NCBI GenBank assembly: GCA_964016885.1
Contig: OZ024745.1
Span: 64,666,001-64,730,000 of the forward strand
From: Eledone cirrhosa
Lineage: Eukaryota
DNA length: 64,000 nt
Reading direction: 5' to 3'
The position numbers were made by a program, and so were the translations under genes. Under the pieces are notes generated by a model. The model made no database searches and had not been told where the DNA came from. It saw only the letters and a list, made by a program, of their open reading frames with translations. This document shows, in pieces, positions 1 to 14,500 of this stretch (its first letter is position 1; every line of letters starts with the position of its first letter).

Positions 1-720
1 TTTTTATTTGGGGGATCCATTTTTTATTTGGGTGATCCATTTTTTATTTGGGTGATCCATTTTTTATTTGAGGGATCCATTTTATATTTGGGTGATCCAT
101 TTTTTATTTGGGTGATCCATTTTTTATTTGGGGGATCCATTTTTTATTTGGGTGATCCATTTTTTATTTGGGTGATCCATTTTTTATTTGGGGGTTCCAT
201 TTTTTATTTGGGTGATCCATTTTTTATTTGCGGGATCCATTTTTTATTTCGGGGATCCATTTTTTATTTGGGTGATTCATTTTTTATTTGGGGGATCCAT
301 TTTTTATTTGGGTGATCCATTTTTTATTTGGGGTATCCATTTTTCATTTGGGTGATCCATTTTTTATTTGGGTGATCCATTTTTTATTTGGGGGATCCAT
401 TTTTTATTTGGGTGATCCATTTTTTATTTGGGTGATCCAATTTTTATTTGGGTGATCCATTTTTTATTTGGGGGATCCATTTTTTATTTGGGTGATCCAT
501 TTTTTATTAGGGGGATCCATTTTTTATTTGGGTGATCCATTTTTATTTGTAGATCCATTTTTTATTTGGGTGATCCATTTTTTATTTGGGTGATCCATTT
601 TTTAATTGGGGGATCCATTTTTTATTTAGTTGATCCATTTTTTAATTGGGTGATCCATTTTTTATTTGGGGGATCCATTTTTTATTTGGGTGATCCATTT
701 TTTATTTGGGGGATCCATTT
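1..720 (+). repeat. Dispersed block duplication; second copy at ~15132-15850 (offset 15,131)
   Basis: Rare variants recur in the same order: GGGGTTCC (191/15322), CGGGATCC (231/15362), GGGTATCCATTTTTCATTT (331/15462), GATCCAA, GTAGATCC. Confidence 0.85.
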
Positions 721-1679
721 TTTATTTGGGTGATCCATTTTTTATTTGGGTGATCCATTTTTTAATTGGGTGATCCATTTTTTATTTGGGGGATCCATTT
801 TTTATTTGGGTGATCCATTTTTTATTTGGGTGGTCCATTTTTTATTTGGGTGATCCATTTTTTATTTGGGGGATCCATTTTTTATTTGGGTGATCCATTT
901 TTTATTTGGGGATCCATTTTTTATTTGGGTGATCCATTTTTTATTTGGGTGATCCATTTTTTATTTGGGGGATCCATTTTTTATTTGGGTGATACATTTT
1001 TAATTTGGGGGTCCATTTTTTATTTGGGGGATCCATTTTTATTTGGGTGATCCATTTTTTATTTGGGTTGATCCCTTTTTTATTTGGGGGATTCATTTTT
1101 TATTTGGGTGATCCATTTTTTATTTGGGGGATCCATTTTTTATTTGGGGGATCCATTTTTTATTTGGTTGATCCATTTTTTATTAGGGGGATCCATTTTT
1201 TATTTGGGTGATCCATTTTAATTTGGAGATCCATTTTTTGTTTAGGTGATCCATTTTATAATTGGGTGATCCATTTTTTATTTGGGGGATCCATTTTTTA
1301 TTTGGGGGATCCATTATTTATTTGGGTGATCCATTTTTTATTTGGGTGATCCATTTTTTATTTGGGTGATCCATTTTTTATTTGGGTGATCCGTTTTTTA
1401 TTTGGGTGATCCATTTTTTATTTGGGGGATCCATTTTTTATTTGGGTGATCCATTTTTTATTTGGGTGATCCATTTTTTATTTGAGGGATCCATTTTATA
1501 TTTGGGTGATCCATTTTTTATTTGGGTGATCCATTTTTTATTTGGGGGATCCATTTTTTATTTGGGGGATCCATTTTTTATTTGGGGGATCCATTTTTTA
1601 TTTGGGGGATCCATTTTTTATTTGGGTGATCCATTTTTTATTTGGGTGATCCATTTTTTATTTGGGGGATCCATTTTTT

Positions 1680-4060
1680 ATTTGGGTGATCCATTTTTTA
1701 TTTTGCTGATTCATTTTTTATTTGGGTGATCCATTTTTTATTTGGGGGATCCATTTTTTATTTGGGTGATCCATTTTTTATTTGGGGGATCCATTTTTTA
1801 TTTGGGTGATCCATTTTTTATTTGGGTGATCCATTTTTTATTTGGGGGATCCATTTTTTATTTGGGGGATACATTTTTTATTTGGGTGATCCATTTTTAT
1901 TTGGAGATCCATTTTGTATTTGGGTGATCCATTTTTTAATTGGGTGATCCATTTTTTATTTGGGTGATCCATTTTTTATTTGGGGGATCCATTTTTTATT
2001 TGGGTGATCCATTTTTTATTTGGGTGGTCCATTTTTTATTTGGGTGATCCATTTTTTATTTGGGTGATCCATTTTTTATTTGGGGGATCCATTTTTATTT
2101 GGGTGATCCATTTTTTATTTGGGTGATCCATTTTTTATTTGGGGGATCCATTTTTTATTTGGGGGATCCATTTTTTATTTTGGGTGATGCATTTTTTATT
2201 AGGGGGATCCATTTTTTATTTGGGTGATCCATTTTTATTTGTAGATCCATTTTTTATTTGGGTGATCCATTTTTTATTTGGGTGATCCATTTTTTAATTG
2301 GGGGATCCATTTTTTATTTAGTTGATCCATTTTTTAATTGGGTGATCCATTTTTTATTTGGGGGATCCATTTTTTATTTGGGGGATCCATTTTTTATTTG
2401 GGGGATCCATTGTTTATTTGGGTGATCCATTTTTTATTTGGGTGATCCATTTTTTAATTGGGTGATCCATTTTTTATTTGGGGGATACATTTTTTATTTG
2501 GGTGATCCATTTTTTATTTGGGTGGTCCATTTTTTATTTGGGTGATCCATTTTTTATTTGGGGGATCCATTTTTTATTTGGGTGATCCATTTTTTAATTG
2601 GGTGATCCATTTTTTATTTGGGGGATCCATTTTTTATTTGGGTGATCCATTTTTTATTTGGGTGGTCCATTTTTTATTTGGGTGAGCCATTTTTTATTTG
2701 GGGGATCCATTTTTTATTTGGGTGATCCATTTTTTATTTGGGGATCCATTTTTTATTTGGGTGATCCATTTTTTATTTGGGTGATCCATTTTTTATTTGG
2801 GTGATCCATTTTTTACTTGGGGGATCCATTTTTTATTTGGGTGATCCATTTTTTATTTTGCTGATTCATTTTTTATTTGAGTGATCCATTTTTTATTTGG
2901 GGGATCCATTTTTTATTTGGGTGGTCCATTTTTTATTTGGGGGATCCATTTTTTATTTGGGTGATCCATTTTTTATTTGGGTGATCCATTTTTTATTTGG
3001 GGGATCCATTTTTTATTTGGGTGATCCATTTTTTATTTGGGTGATCCATTTTTTATTTGGGGGATCCATTTTTTATTTGGGGGATCCATTTTTTATTTGG
3101 GTGATCCATTCTTTATTTGGGGGATCCATTTTTTATATGGGGGATCCATTTTTTATTTGGGTGATCCATTTTTTATTTGGGTGATCCATTTTTTATTTGG
3201 GGGGATCCATTTTTTATTTGGGTGATCCATTTTTTATTTGGGTGATCCATTTTTTATTTGGGTGATCCATTTTTTATTTGGGTGGTCCATTTTTTATTTG
3301 GGTGATCCATTTTTTATTTGGGGGATCCATTTTTTATTTGGGTGATCCATTTTTTATTTGGGGATCCATTTTTTATTTGGGTGATCCATTTTTTATTTGG
3401 GTGATCCATTTTTTATTTGGGGGATACATTTTTTATTTGGGTGATCCATTTTTTATTTGGGGGGTCCATTTTTTATTTGGGGGATACATTTTTTATTTGG
3501 GGGATCCATTTTTTATTTGGGGGATCCATTTTTTATTTGGGTGATCCATTCTTTATTTGGGGGATCCATTTTTTATTTGGGGGATCCATTTTTTATTTGG
3601 GTGATCCATTTTTTATTTGGGTGATCCATTTTTTATTTGGGGGGATCCATTTTTAATTTGGGTGATCCATTTTTTATTTGGGGGATCCATTTTTTATTTG
3701 GGTGATCCATTTTTTATTTGGGGGATCCATTTTTTATTTGGGTGATCCATTTTTTATTTGGGTGATCCATTTTTTAATTGGGTGATCCATTTTTTATTTG
3801 GGGGATCCATTTTTTATTTGGGTGATCCATTTTTTATTTGGGTGGTCCATTTTTTATTTGGGTGATCCATTTTTTATTTGGGGGATCCATTTTTTATTTG
3901 GGTGATCCATTTTTTATTTGGGGATCCATTTTTTATTTGGGTGATCCATTTTTTATTTGGGTGATCCATTTTTTATTTGGGGGATCCATTTTTTATTTGG
4001 GTGATACATTTTTAATTTGGGGGTCCATTTTTTATTTGGGGGATCCATTTTTATTTGGGT
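1680..4060 (+). repeat. Dispersed ~2.4-kb block duplication; second copy at ~18290-20670 (offset 16,608)
   Basis: Marker TGAGCC at 2683/19291. ORF-track pairs 1742/18350, 2897/19505, 3037/19645, 3278/19886, 3417/20025 and 3838/20446 all differ by 16,608. Confidence 0.9.
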
Positions 4061-6240
4061 GATCCATTTTTTATTTGGGTGATCCATTTTTTATTTGGGG
4101 GATCCATTTTTTATTTGGGTGATCCATTTTTTATTTGGGTGATCCATTTTTTATTTGGGGGATCCATTTTTTATTTCGGGGATCCATTTTTTATTTGGGT
4201 GATCCATTTTTATTTGGAGATTCATTTTGTATTTGGGTGATCCATTTTTTAATTGGGTGATCCATTTTTTATTTGGGTGACCCATTTTTTATTTGGGGGA
4301 TCCATTTTTTATTTGGGTGATCCATTTTTTATTTGGGTGGTCCATTTTTTATTTGGGTGATCCATTTTTTGTTTGGGGGATCCATTTTTTATTTGGGTGA
4401 TCCATTTTTTATTTGGGGATCCATTTTTTATTTGGGTGATCCATTTTTTATTTGGGTGATCCATTTTTTATTTGGGGGATACATTTTTTATTTGGGTGAT
4501 CCATTTTTTATTTGGGGGGGTCCATTTTTTATTTGGGGGATCCATTTTTATTTGGGTGATCCATTTTTTATTTGGGGGATCCATTTTTTATTTGGGTGAT
4601 CCCTTTTTTATTTGGGGGATCCATTTTTTATTTGGGTGATCCATTTTTTATTTGGGGGATCCATTTTTTATTTGGGGGATTCATTTTTTATTTGGGTGAT
4701 CCATTTTTTATTAGGGGGATCCATTTTTTATTAGGGGGATCCATTTTTTATTTGGGTGATCCATTTTTATTTGGAGATCCATTTTTTATTTAGGTGATCC
4801 ATTTTATAATTGGGTGATCCATTTTTTATTTGGGGGATCCATTATTTATTTGGGTGATCCATTTTTTATTTGGGTGATCCATTTTTTATTTGGGTGATCC
4901 ATTTTTTATTTGGGTGATCCATTCTTTATTTGGGTGATCCATTTTTTATTTGGGGGATCCATTTTTTATTTGGGTGATCCATTTTTTATTTGGGGGATCC
5001 ATTTTTTATTTGGGTGATCCATTTTTTATTTGGGGGATCCATTTTTTATTTCGGGGATCCATTTTTTATTTGGGTGATTCATTTTTTATTTGGGGGATCC
5101 ATTTTTTATTTTGGGTGATCCATTTTTTATTAGGGGGATCCATTTTTTATTTGGGTGATCCATTTTTATTTGTAGATCCATTTTTTATTTGGGTGATCCA
5201 TTTTTTAATTGGATGATCCATTTTTTATTTGGGGGATCCATTTTTTATTTGGGGGATCCATTATTTATTTGGGTGATCCATTTTTTATTTGGGTGATCCA
5301 TTTTTTATTCGGGGGATCCATTTTTTATTTGGGTGATCCATTTTTTATTTGGGTGATCCATTTTTTAATTGGGGATCCATTTTTTATTTAGTTGATCCAC
5401 TTTTTAATTGGGTGATGCATTTTTTATTTGGGGGATCCATTTTTTATTTGGGGGATCCATTTTTTATTTGGGGGATCCATTGTTTATTTGGGTGATCCAT
5501 TTTTTATTTGGGTGATCCATTTTTTATTTGGGGGATCCATTTTGTATTTGGGTGATCCATTTTTTATTTGGGTGATCCATTTTTTATTTGGGTGATCCAT
5601 TTTTTATTTGTGGGATCCATTTTTTATTTGGGTGAACCATTTTTTATTTGGGGGATCCTTTTTTTATTTGGGTGATCCATTTTTTATTTGGGTGATCCAT
5701 TTTTTATTTGGGGGATCCATTTTTTATTTGGGTGATCCATTTTTTATTTGGGTGATCCATTTTTTATTTGGGTGATCCATTTTTATTTGGAGATCCATTT
5801 TGTATTTGGGTGATCCATTTTTTAATTGGGTGATCCATTTTTTATTTGGGTGATCCATTTTTTATTTAGGTGATCCATTTTTTATTTGGGGGCTCCATTT
5901 TTTATTTGGGTGATCCATTTTTTAATTGGGTGATCCATTTTTTATTTGGGGGATCCATTTTTTATTTGGGTGATCCATTTTTTATTTGGGTGATCCATTT
6001 TTTATTTGGGGGATCCATTTTTTATTTGGGGGATCCATTTTTTATTTGGGTGATCCATTTTTTATTTGGGTGATCCATTTTTTATTTGGGGGGATCCATT
6101 TTTAATTTCGGTGATCTATTTTTTATTTGGGGGATCCATTTTTTATTTGGGTGATCCATTTTTTATTTGGGGGATCCATTTTTTATTTGGGTGATCCATT
6201 TTTTATTTGGGTGATACATTTTTTAATTGGGTGATCCATT
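4060..6240 (+). repeat. ~2-kb block repeated at ~8050-10230 (offset 3,989) and largely again at ~56230-57950 and ~59980-61700
   Basis: ORF pairs 4333/8322/56504/60255, 4572/8561/56743/60494, 4950/8939/57121/60872 and 5209/9198/57380/61131. Shared markers GGAGATTC, GGTGACCC, double TTAGGGGG, GATCCACT, GATGCA. Confidence 0.88.
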
Positions 6241-9200
6241 TTTTATTTGGGGGATCCATTTTTTATTTTGTGTGATCCATTTTTTACTAGGGGGATCCAT
6301 TTTTTATTTGGGTGATCCATTTTTATTTGTAGATCCATTTTTTATTTGGGTGATCCATTTTTTAATTGGATGATCCATTTTTTATTTGGGGGATCCATTT
6401 TTTGTTTGGGGGATCCATTATTTATTTGGGTGATCCATTTTTTATTTGGGTGATCCATTTTTTATTTGGGGGATCCATTTTTTATTTGGGTGATCCATTT
6501 TTTATTTGGGTGATCCATTTTTTAATTGGGGGATCCATTTTTTATTTAGTTGATCCATTTTTTAATTGGGTGATCCATTTTTTATTTGGGGGATCCATTT
6601 TTTATTTGGGGGATCCATTTCTTATTTGGGGGATCCATTGTTTATTTGGGTGATCCATTTTTTATTTGGGTGATCCATTTTTTATTAGGGGGATCCATTT
6701 TTTATTTGGGGGATCCATTTTTTATTTGGGTGATCCATTTTTTATTTGGGTGATCCATTTTTTATTTGGGTGATCCATTTTTTATTTGGGGGATCCATTT
6801 TTTATTTGGGTGATCCATTTTTTATTTGGGTGATACATTTTTTATTTGGGGGATCCATTTTTTATTTGGGTGATCCATTTTTTATTTGGGGGATCCATTT
6901 TTTATTTGGGGGATCCATTTTTTATTTGGGTGATCCATTTTTTATTTGGGTGATCCATTTTTTATTTGGGGGGATCCATTTTTAATTTGGGTGATCCATT
7001 TTTTATTTGGGGGATCCATTTTTTATTTGGGTGATCCATTTTTTATTTGGGGGATCCATTTTTTATTTGGGGGTCCATTTTTTATTTGGGGGAACCATTT
7101 TTATTTGGGTGATCCATTTTTTATTTGGGGGATCCATTTTTTATTTGGGTGATCCATTTTTTATTTGGGTTGATCCCTTTTTTATTTGGGGGATCCATTT
7201 TTTATTTGGGTGATCCATTTTTTATTTGGGGTATCCATTTTTTATTTGGGGGATCCATTTTTTATTTGGTTGATCCATTTTTTATTAGGGGGATCCATTT
7301 TTTATTTGGGTGATCCATTTTGATTTGGAGATCCATTTTTTGTTTAGGTGATCCATTTTATAATTGGGTGATCCATTTTTTATTTGGGGGATCCATTTTT
7401 TATTTGGGGGATCCATTATTTATTTGGGTGATCCATTTTTTATTTGGGTGATCCATTTTTTATTTGGGTGATCCATTTTTTATTTGGGTGATCCATTTTT
7501 TATTTGGGTGATCCATTTTTTTTTGGGGGGATCCATTTTTTATTTGGGTGATCCATTTTTTATTTGGGTGATCCATTTTTTATTTGAGGGATCCATTTTA
7601 TATTTGGGTGATCCATTTTTTATTTGGGTGATCCATTTTTTATTTGGGGGATCCATTTTTTATTTGGGGGATCCATTTTTTATTTGGGGGATCCATTTTT
7701 TATTTGGGGGATCCATTTTTTATTTCGGGGATCCATTTTTTATTTGGGTGATTCATTTTTTATTTGGGGGATCCATTTTTTATTTGGGTGATCCATTTTT
7801 TTTATTTGGGGGTCCATTTTTTATTTGGGTGATCCATTTTTTATTTGGATGATCCATTTTTTAATTGGGTGATCCATTTTTATTTGGGTGATCCATTTTT
7901 TACTTGGGGGATCCATTTTTTATTTGGGTGATCCATTTTTTATTTTGCTGATTCATTTTTTATTTGGGTGATCCATTTTTTATTTGGGGGATCCATTTTT
8001 TATTTGGGTGAACCATTTTTTATTTGGGAGATCCATTTTTTATTTGGGTGATCCATTTTTTATTTGGGTGATCCATTTTTTATTTGGGGGATCCATTTTT
8101 TATTTGGGTGATCCATTTTTTAATTGGGTGATCCATTTTTTATTTGGGGGATCCATTTTTTATTTCGGGGATCCATTTTTTATTTGGGTGATCCATTTTT
8201 ATTTGGAGATTCATTTTGTATTTGGGTGATCCATTTTTTAATTGGGTGATCCATTTTTTATTTGGGTGACCCATTTTTTATTTGGGGGATCCATTTTTTA
8301 TTTGGGTGATCCATTTTTTATTTGGGTGGTCCATTTTTTATTTGGGTGATCCATTTTTTATTTGGGGGATCCATTTTTTATTTGGGTGATCCATTTTTTA
8401 TTTGGGGATCCATTTTTTATTTGGGTGATCCATTTTTTATTTGGGTGATCCATTTTTTATTTGGGGGATACATTTTTTATTTGGGTGATCCATTTTTTAT
8501 TTGGGGGGGTCCATTTTTTATTTGGGGGATCCATTTTTATTTGGGTGATCCATTTTTTATTTGGGGGATCCATTTTTTATTTGGGTGATCCCTTTTTTAT
8601 TTGGGGGATCCATTTTTTATTTGGGTGATCCATTTTTTATTTGGGGGATCCATTTTTTATTTGGGGGATTCATTTTTTATTTGGGTGATCCATTTTTTAT
8701 TAGGGGGATCCATTTTTTATTAGGGGGATCCATTTTTTATTTGGTTGATCCATTTTTATTTGGAGATCCATTTTTTATCTAGGTGATCCATTTTATAATT
8801 GGGTGATCCATTTTTTATTTGGGGGATCCATTATTTATTTGGGTGATCCATTTTTTATTTGGGTGATCCATTTTTTATTTGGGTGATCCATTTTTTATTT
8901 GGGTGATCCATTCTTTATTTGGGTGATCCATTTTTTATTTGGGGGATCCATTTTTTATTTGGGTGATCCATTTTTTATTTGGGGGTTCCATTTTTTATTT
9001 GGGTGATCCATTTTTTATTTGGGGGATCCATTTTTTATTTCGAGGATCCATTTTTTATTTGGGTGATTCATTTTTTATTTGGGGGATCCATTTTTTATTT
9101 TGGGTGATCCATTTTTTATTAGGGGGATCCATTTTTTATTTGGGTGATCCATTTTTATTTGTAGATCCATTTTTTATTTGGGTGATCCATTTTTTAATTG

Positions 9201-9467
9201 GATGATCCATTTTTTATTTGGGGGATCCATTTTTTATTTGGGGGATCCATTATTTATTTGGGTGATCCATTTTTTATTTGGGTGATCCATTTTTTATTCG
9301 GGGGATCCATTTTTTATTTGGGTGATCCATTTTTTATTTGGGTGATCCATTTTTTAATTGGGGATCCATTTTTTATTTAGTTGATCCACTTTTTAATTGG
9401 GTGATGCATTTTTTATTTGGGGGATCCATTTTTTATTTGGGGGATCCATTTTTTATTTGGGGGATCC

Positions 9468-11501
9468 ATTGTTTATTTGGGTGATCCATTTTTTATTTGG
9501 GTGATCCATTTTTTATTTGTGGGATCCATTTTGTATTTGGGTGATCCATTTTTTATTTGGGTGATCCATTTTTTATTTGGGTGATCCATTTTTTATTTGT
9601 GGGATCCATTTTTTATTTGGGTGAACCATTTTTTATTTGGGGGATCCTTTTTTTATTTGGGTGATCCATTTTTTATTTGGGTGATCCATTTTTTATTTGG
9701 GGGATCCATTTTTTATTTGGGTGATCCATTTTTTATTTGGGTGATCCATTTTTTATTTGGGGGATCCATTTTTTATTTGGGTGATCCATTTTTATTTGGA
9801 GATCCATTTTGTATTTGGGTGAGCCATTTTTTAATTGGGTGATCCATTTTTTATTTGGGTGATCCATTTTTTATTTGGGTGATCCATTTTTTATTTGGGG
9901 GATCCATTTTTTATTTGGGTGATCCATTTTTTAATTGGGTGATCCATTTTTTATTTGGGGGATCCATTTTTTATTTGGGTGATCCATTTTTTATTTGGGT
10001 GATCCATTTTTTATTTGGGGGATCCATTTTTTATTTGGGGGATCCATTTTTTATTTGGGTGATCCATTTTTTATTTGGGTGATCCATTTTTTATTTGGGG
10101 GGATCTATTTTTAATTTCGGTGATCTATTTTTTATTTGGGGGATCCATTTTTTATTTGGGTGATCCATTTTTTATTTGGGGGATCCATTTTTTATTTGGG
10201 TGATCCATTTTTTATTTGGGTGATCCATTTTTTAATTGGGTGATCCATTTTTTATTTGGGGGATCCATTTTTTATTTGGGTGATCCATTTTTTATTTGGG
10301 TGGTCCATTTTTTATTTGGGTGATCCATTTTTTATTTGGGGGATCCATTTTTTATTTGGGTGATCCATTTTTTATTTGGGGATCCATTTTTTATTTGGGT
10401 GATCCATTTTTTATTTGGGTGATCCATTTTTTATTTGGGGGATCCATTTTTTATTTGGGTGATCCATTTTTAATTTGGGGGTCCATTGTTTATTTGGGTG
10501 ATCCATTTTTTATTTGGGTGATCCATTTTTTATTTGTGGGATCCATTTTGTATTTGGGTGATCCATTTTTTATTTGGGTGATCCATTTTTTATTTGGGTG
10601 ATCCATTTTTTATTTGTGGGATCCATTTTTTATTTGGGTGAACCATTTTTTATTTGGGGGATCCTTTTTTTATTTGGGTGATCCATTTTTTATTTGGGTG
10701 ATCCATTTTTTATTTGGGGGATCCATTTTTTATTTGGGTGATCCATTTTTTATTTGGGTGATCCATTTTTTATTTGGGGGATCCATTTTTTATTTGGGTG
10801 ATCCATTTTTATTTGGAGATCCATTTTTTATTTGGGTGATCCATTTTTTAATTGGGTGATCCATTTTTTATTTGGGTGATCCATTTTTTATTTGGGTGAT
10901 CCATTTTTTATTTGGGGGATCCATTTTTTATTTGGGTGATCCATTTTTTAATTGGGTGATCCATTTTTTATTTGGGGGATCCATTTTTTATTTGGGTGAT
11001 CCATTTTTTATTTGTGTGATCCATTTTTTATTTGGGGGATCCATTTTTTATTTGGGGGATCCATTTTTTATTTGGGTGATCCATTTTTTATTTGGGTGAT
11101 CCATTTTTTATTTGGGGGGATCCATTTTTTATTTCGGTGATCTATTTTTTATTTGGGGGATCCATTTTTTATTTGGGTGATCCATTTTTTATTTGGGGGA
11201 TCCATTTTTTATTTGGGTGATCCATTTTTTATTTGGGTGATCCATTTTTTAATTGGGTGATCCATTTTTTATTTGGGGGATCCATTTTTTATTTGGGTGA
11301 TCCATTTTTTATTTGGGTGGTCCATTTTTTATTTGGGTGATCCATTTTTTATTTGGGGGATCCATTTTTTATTTGGGTGATCCATTTTTTATTTGGGGAT
11401 CCATTTTTTATTTGGGTGATCCATTTTTTATTTGGGTGATCCATTTTTTATTTGGGGGATCCATTTTTTATTTGGGTGATCCATTTTTAATTTGGGGGTC
11501 C
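9468..11501 (+). repeat. Tandem duplication of a 1,017-bp unit (51 monomers)
   Basis: ORF pairs 9597/10614, 9855/10872 and 10296/11313. Markers CATTGTTT (G at 9471/10488), TGTGGGA, GAACC and TTCGGTGATCTA each occur twice at this spacing. Confidence 0.9.
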
Positions 11502-14500
11502 ATTTTTTATTTGGGGGATCCATTTTTATTTGGGTGATCCATTTTTTATTTTGGGGATCCATTTTTTATTTGGGTGATCCATTTTTTATTTGGGTTGATC
11601 CCTTTTTTATTTGGGGGATCCATTTTTTATTTGTGTGATCCATTTTTTATTTGGGGGATCCATTTTTTATTTGGGGGATCCATTTTTTATTTGGTTGATC
11701 CATTTTTTATTAGGGGGATCCATTTTTTATTTGGGTGATCCATTTTAATTTGGAGATCCATTTTTTGTTTAGGTGATCCATTTTATAATTGGGTGATCCA
11801 TTTTTTATTTGGGGGATCCATTTTTTATTTGGGGGATCCATTATTTATTTGGGTGATCCATTTTTTATTTGGGTGATCCATTTTTTATTTGGGTGATCCA
11901 TTTTTTATTTGGGTGATCCATTTTTTATTTGGGTGATCCATTTTTTATTTGGGGGATCCATTTTTTATTTGGGTGATCCATTTTTTATTTGGGTGATCCA
12001 TTTTTTATTTGAGGGATCCATTTTATATTTGGGTGATCCATTTTTTATTTGGGTGATCCATTTTTTATTTGGGGGATCCATTTTTTATTTGGGGGATCCA
12101 TTTTTTATTTGGGGGATCCATTTTTTATTTGGGGGATCCATTTTTTATTTCGGGGATCCATTTTTTATTTGGGTGATTCATTTTTTATTTGGGGGATCCA
12201 TTTTTTATTTGGGTGATCCATTTTTTTTTTATTTGGGGGTCCATTTTTTATTTGGGTGATCCATTTTTTATTTGGATGATCCATTTTTTAATTGGGTGAT
12301 CCATTTTTATTTGGGTGATCCATTTTTTACTTGGGGGATCCATTTTTTATTTGGGTGATCCATTTTTTATTTTGCTGATTCATTTTTTATTTGGGTGATC
12401 CATTTTTTATTTGGGGGATCCATTTTTTATTTGGGTGAACCATTTTTTATTTGGGAGATCCATTTTTTATTTGGGTGATCCATTTTTTATTTGGGTGATC
12501 CATTTTTTATTTGGGGGATCCATTTTTCATTTGGGTGATCCATTTTTTATTTGGGTGATCCATTTTTTATTTGGGGGATCCATTTTTTATTTCGGGGATC
12601 CATTTTTTATTTGGGTGATCCATTTTTATTTGGAGATTCATTTTGTATTTGGGTGATCCATTTTTTAATTGGGTGATCCATCTTTTATTTGGGTGACCCA
12701 TTTTTTATTTGGGGGATCCATTTTTTATTTGGGTGATCCATTTTTTATTTGGGTGGTCCATTTTTTATTTGGGTGATCCATTTTTTATTTGGGGGATCCA
12801 TTTTTTATTTGGGTGATCCATTTTTTATTTGGGTGATCCATTTTTTATTTGGGTGATCCATTTTTTATTTGGGGGATACATTTTTTATTTGGGTGATCCA
12901 TTTTTTAATTGGATGATCCATTTTTTATTTGGGGGATCCATTTTTTATTTGGGGGATCCATTATTTATTTGGGTGATCCATTTTTTATTTGGGTGATCCA
13001 TTTTTTATTCGGGGTATCCATTTTTTATTTGGGTGATCCATTTTTTATTTGGGTGATCCATTTTTTAATTGGGGATCCATTTTTTATTTAGTTGATCCAC
13101 TTTTTAATTATGTGATGCATTTTTTATTTGGCGGATCCATTTTTTATTTGGGGGATCCATTTTTTATTTGGGGGATCCATTGTTTATTTGGGTGATCCAT
13201 TTTTTATTTGGGTGATCCATTTTTTATTTGGGGGATCCATTTTGTATTTGGGTGATCCATTTTTTATTTGGGTGATCCATTTTTTATTTGGGTGATCCAT
13301 TTTTTATTTTTGGGATCCATTTTTTATTTGGGTGAACCATTTTTTATTTGGGGGATCCTTTTTTTATTTGGGTGATCCATTTTTTATTTGGGTGATCCAT
13401 TTTTTATTTGGGGGATCCATTTTTTATTTGGGTGATCCATTTTTTATTTGGGTGATCCATTTTTTATTTGGGGGATCCATTTTTTATTTGGGTGATCCAT
13501 TTTTATTTGGAGATCCATTTTGTATTTGGGTGATCCATTTTTTAATTGGGTGATCCATTTTTTATTTGGGTGATCCATTTTTTATTTGGGTGATCCATTT
13601 TTTATTTGGGGGATCCATTTTTTATTTGGGTGATCCATTTTTTAATTGGGTGATCCATTTTTTATTTGGGGGATCCATTTTTTATTTGGGTGATCCATTT
13701 TTTATTTGGGTGGTCCATTTTTTATTTGGGTGATCCATTTTTTATTTGGGGGATCCATTTTTTATTTGGGTGATCCATTTTTTATTTGGGGATCCATTTT
13801 TTATTTGGGTGATCCATTTTTTATTAGGGGGATCCATTTTTTATTTGGGTGATCCATTTTTATTTGGAGATCCATTTTTTATTTAGGTGATCCATTTTAT
13901 AATTGGGTGATCCATTTTTTATTTGGGGGATCCATTTTTTATTTGGAGGATCCATTATTTATTTGGGTGATCCATTTTTTATTTGGGTGATCCATTTTTT
14001 ATTTGGGTGATCCATTTTTTATTTGGGGGATCCATTTTTTATTTGGGTGATCCATTTTTTATTTGGGTGATCCATTTTTTATTTGGGGGATCCATTTTAA
14101 TTTGGGTGATCCATTTTTTATTTGGGGGATCCATTTTTTATTCGGGTGATACATTTTTTATTTGGGTGATACATTTTTTATTTGGGGGATCCATTTTTTA
14201 TTTGGGTGATCCATTTTTTATTTGGGGGATCCATTTTTTATTTGGGGGATCCATTTTTTATTTGGGTGATACATTTTTTATTTGGGTGATCCATTTTTTA
14301 TTTGGGGGGATCCATTTTTAATTTGGGTGATCCATTTTTTATTTGGGGGATCCATTTTTTATTTGGGTGATCCATTTTTTATTTGGGGGATCCATTTTTT
14401 ATTTGGGTGATTCATTTTTTATTTGGGTGATCCATTTTTTAATTGGGTGATCCATTTTTTATTTGGGGGATCCATTTTTTATTTGGGTGATCGATTTTTT

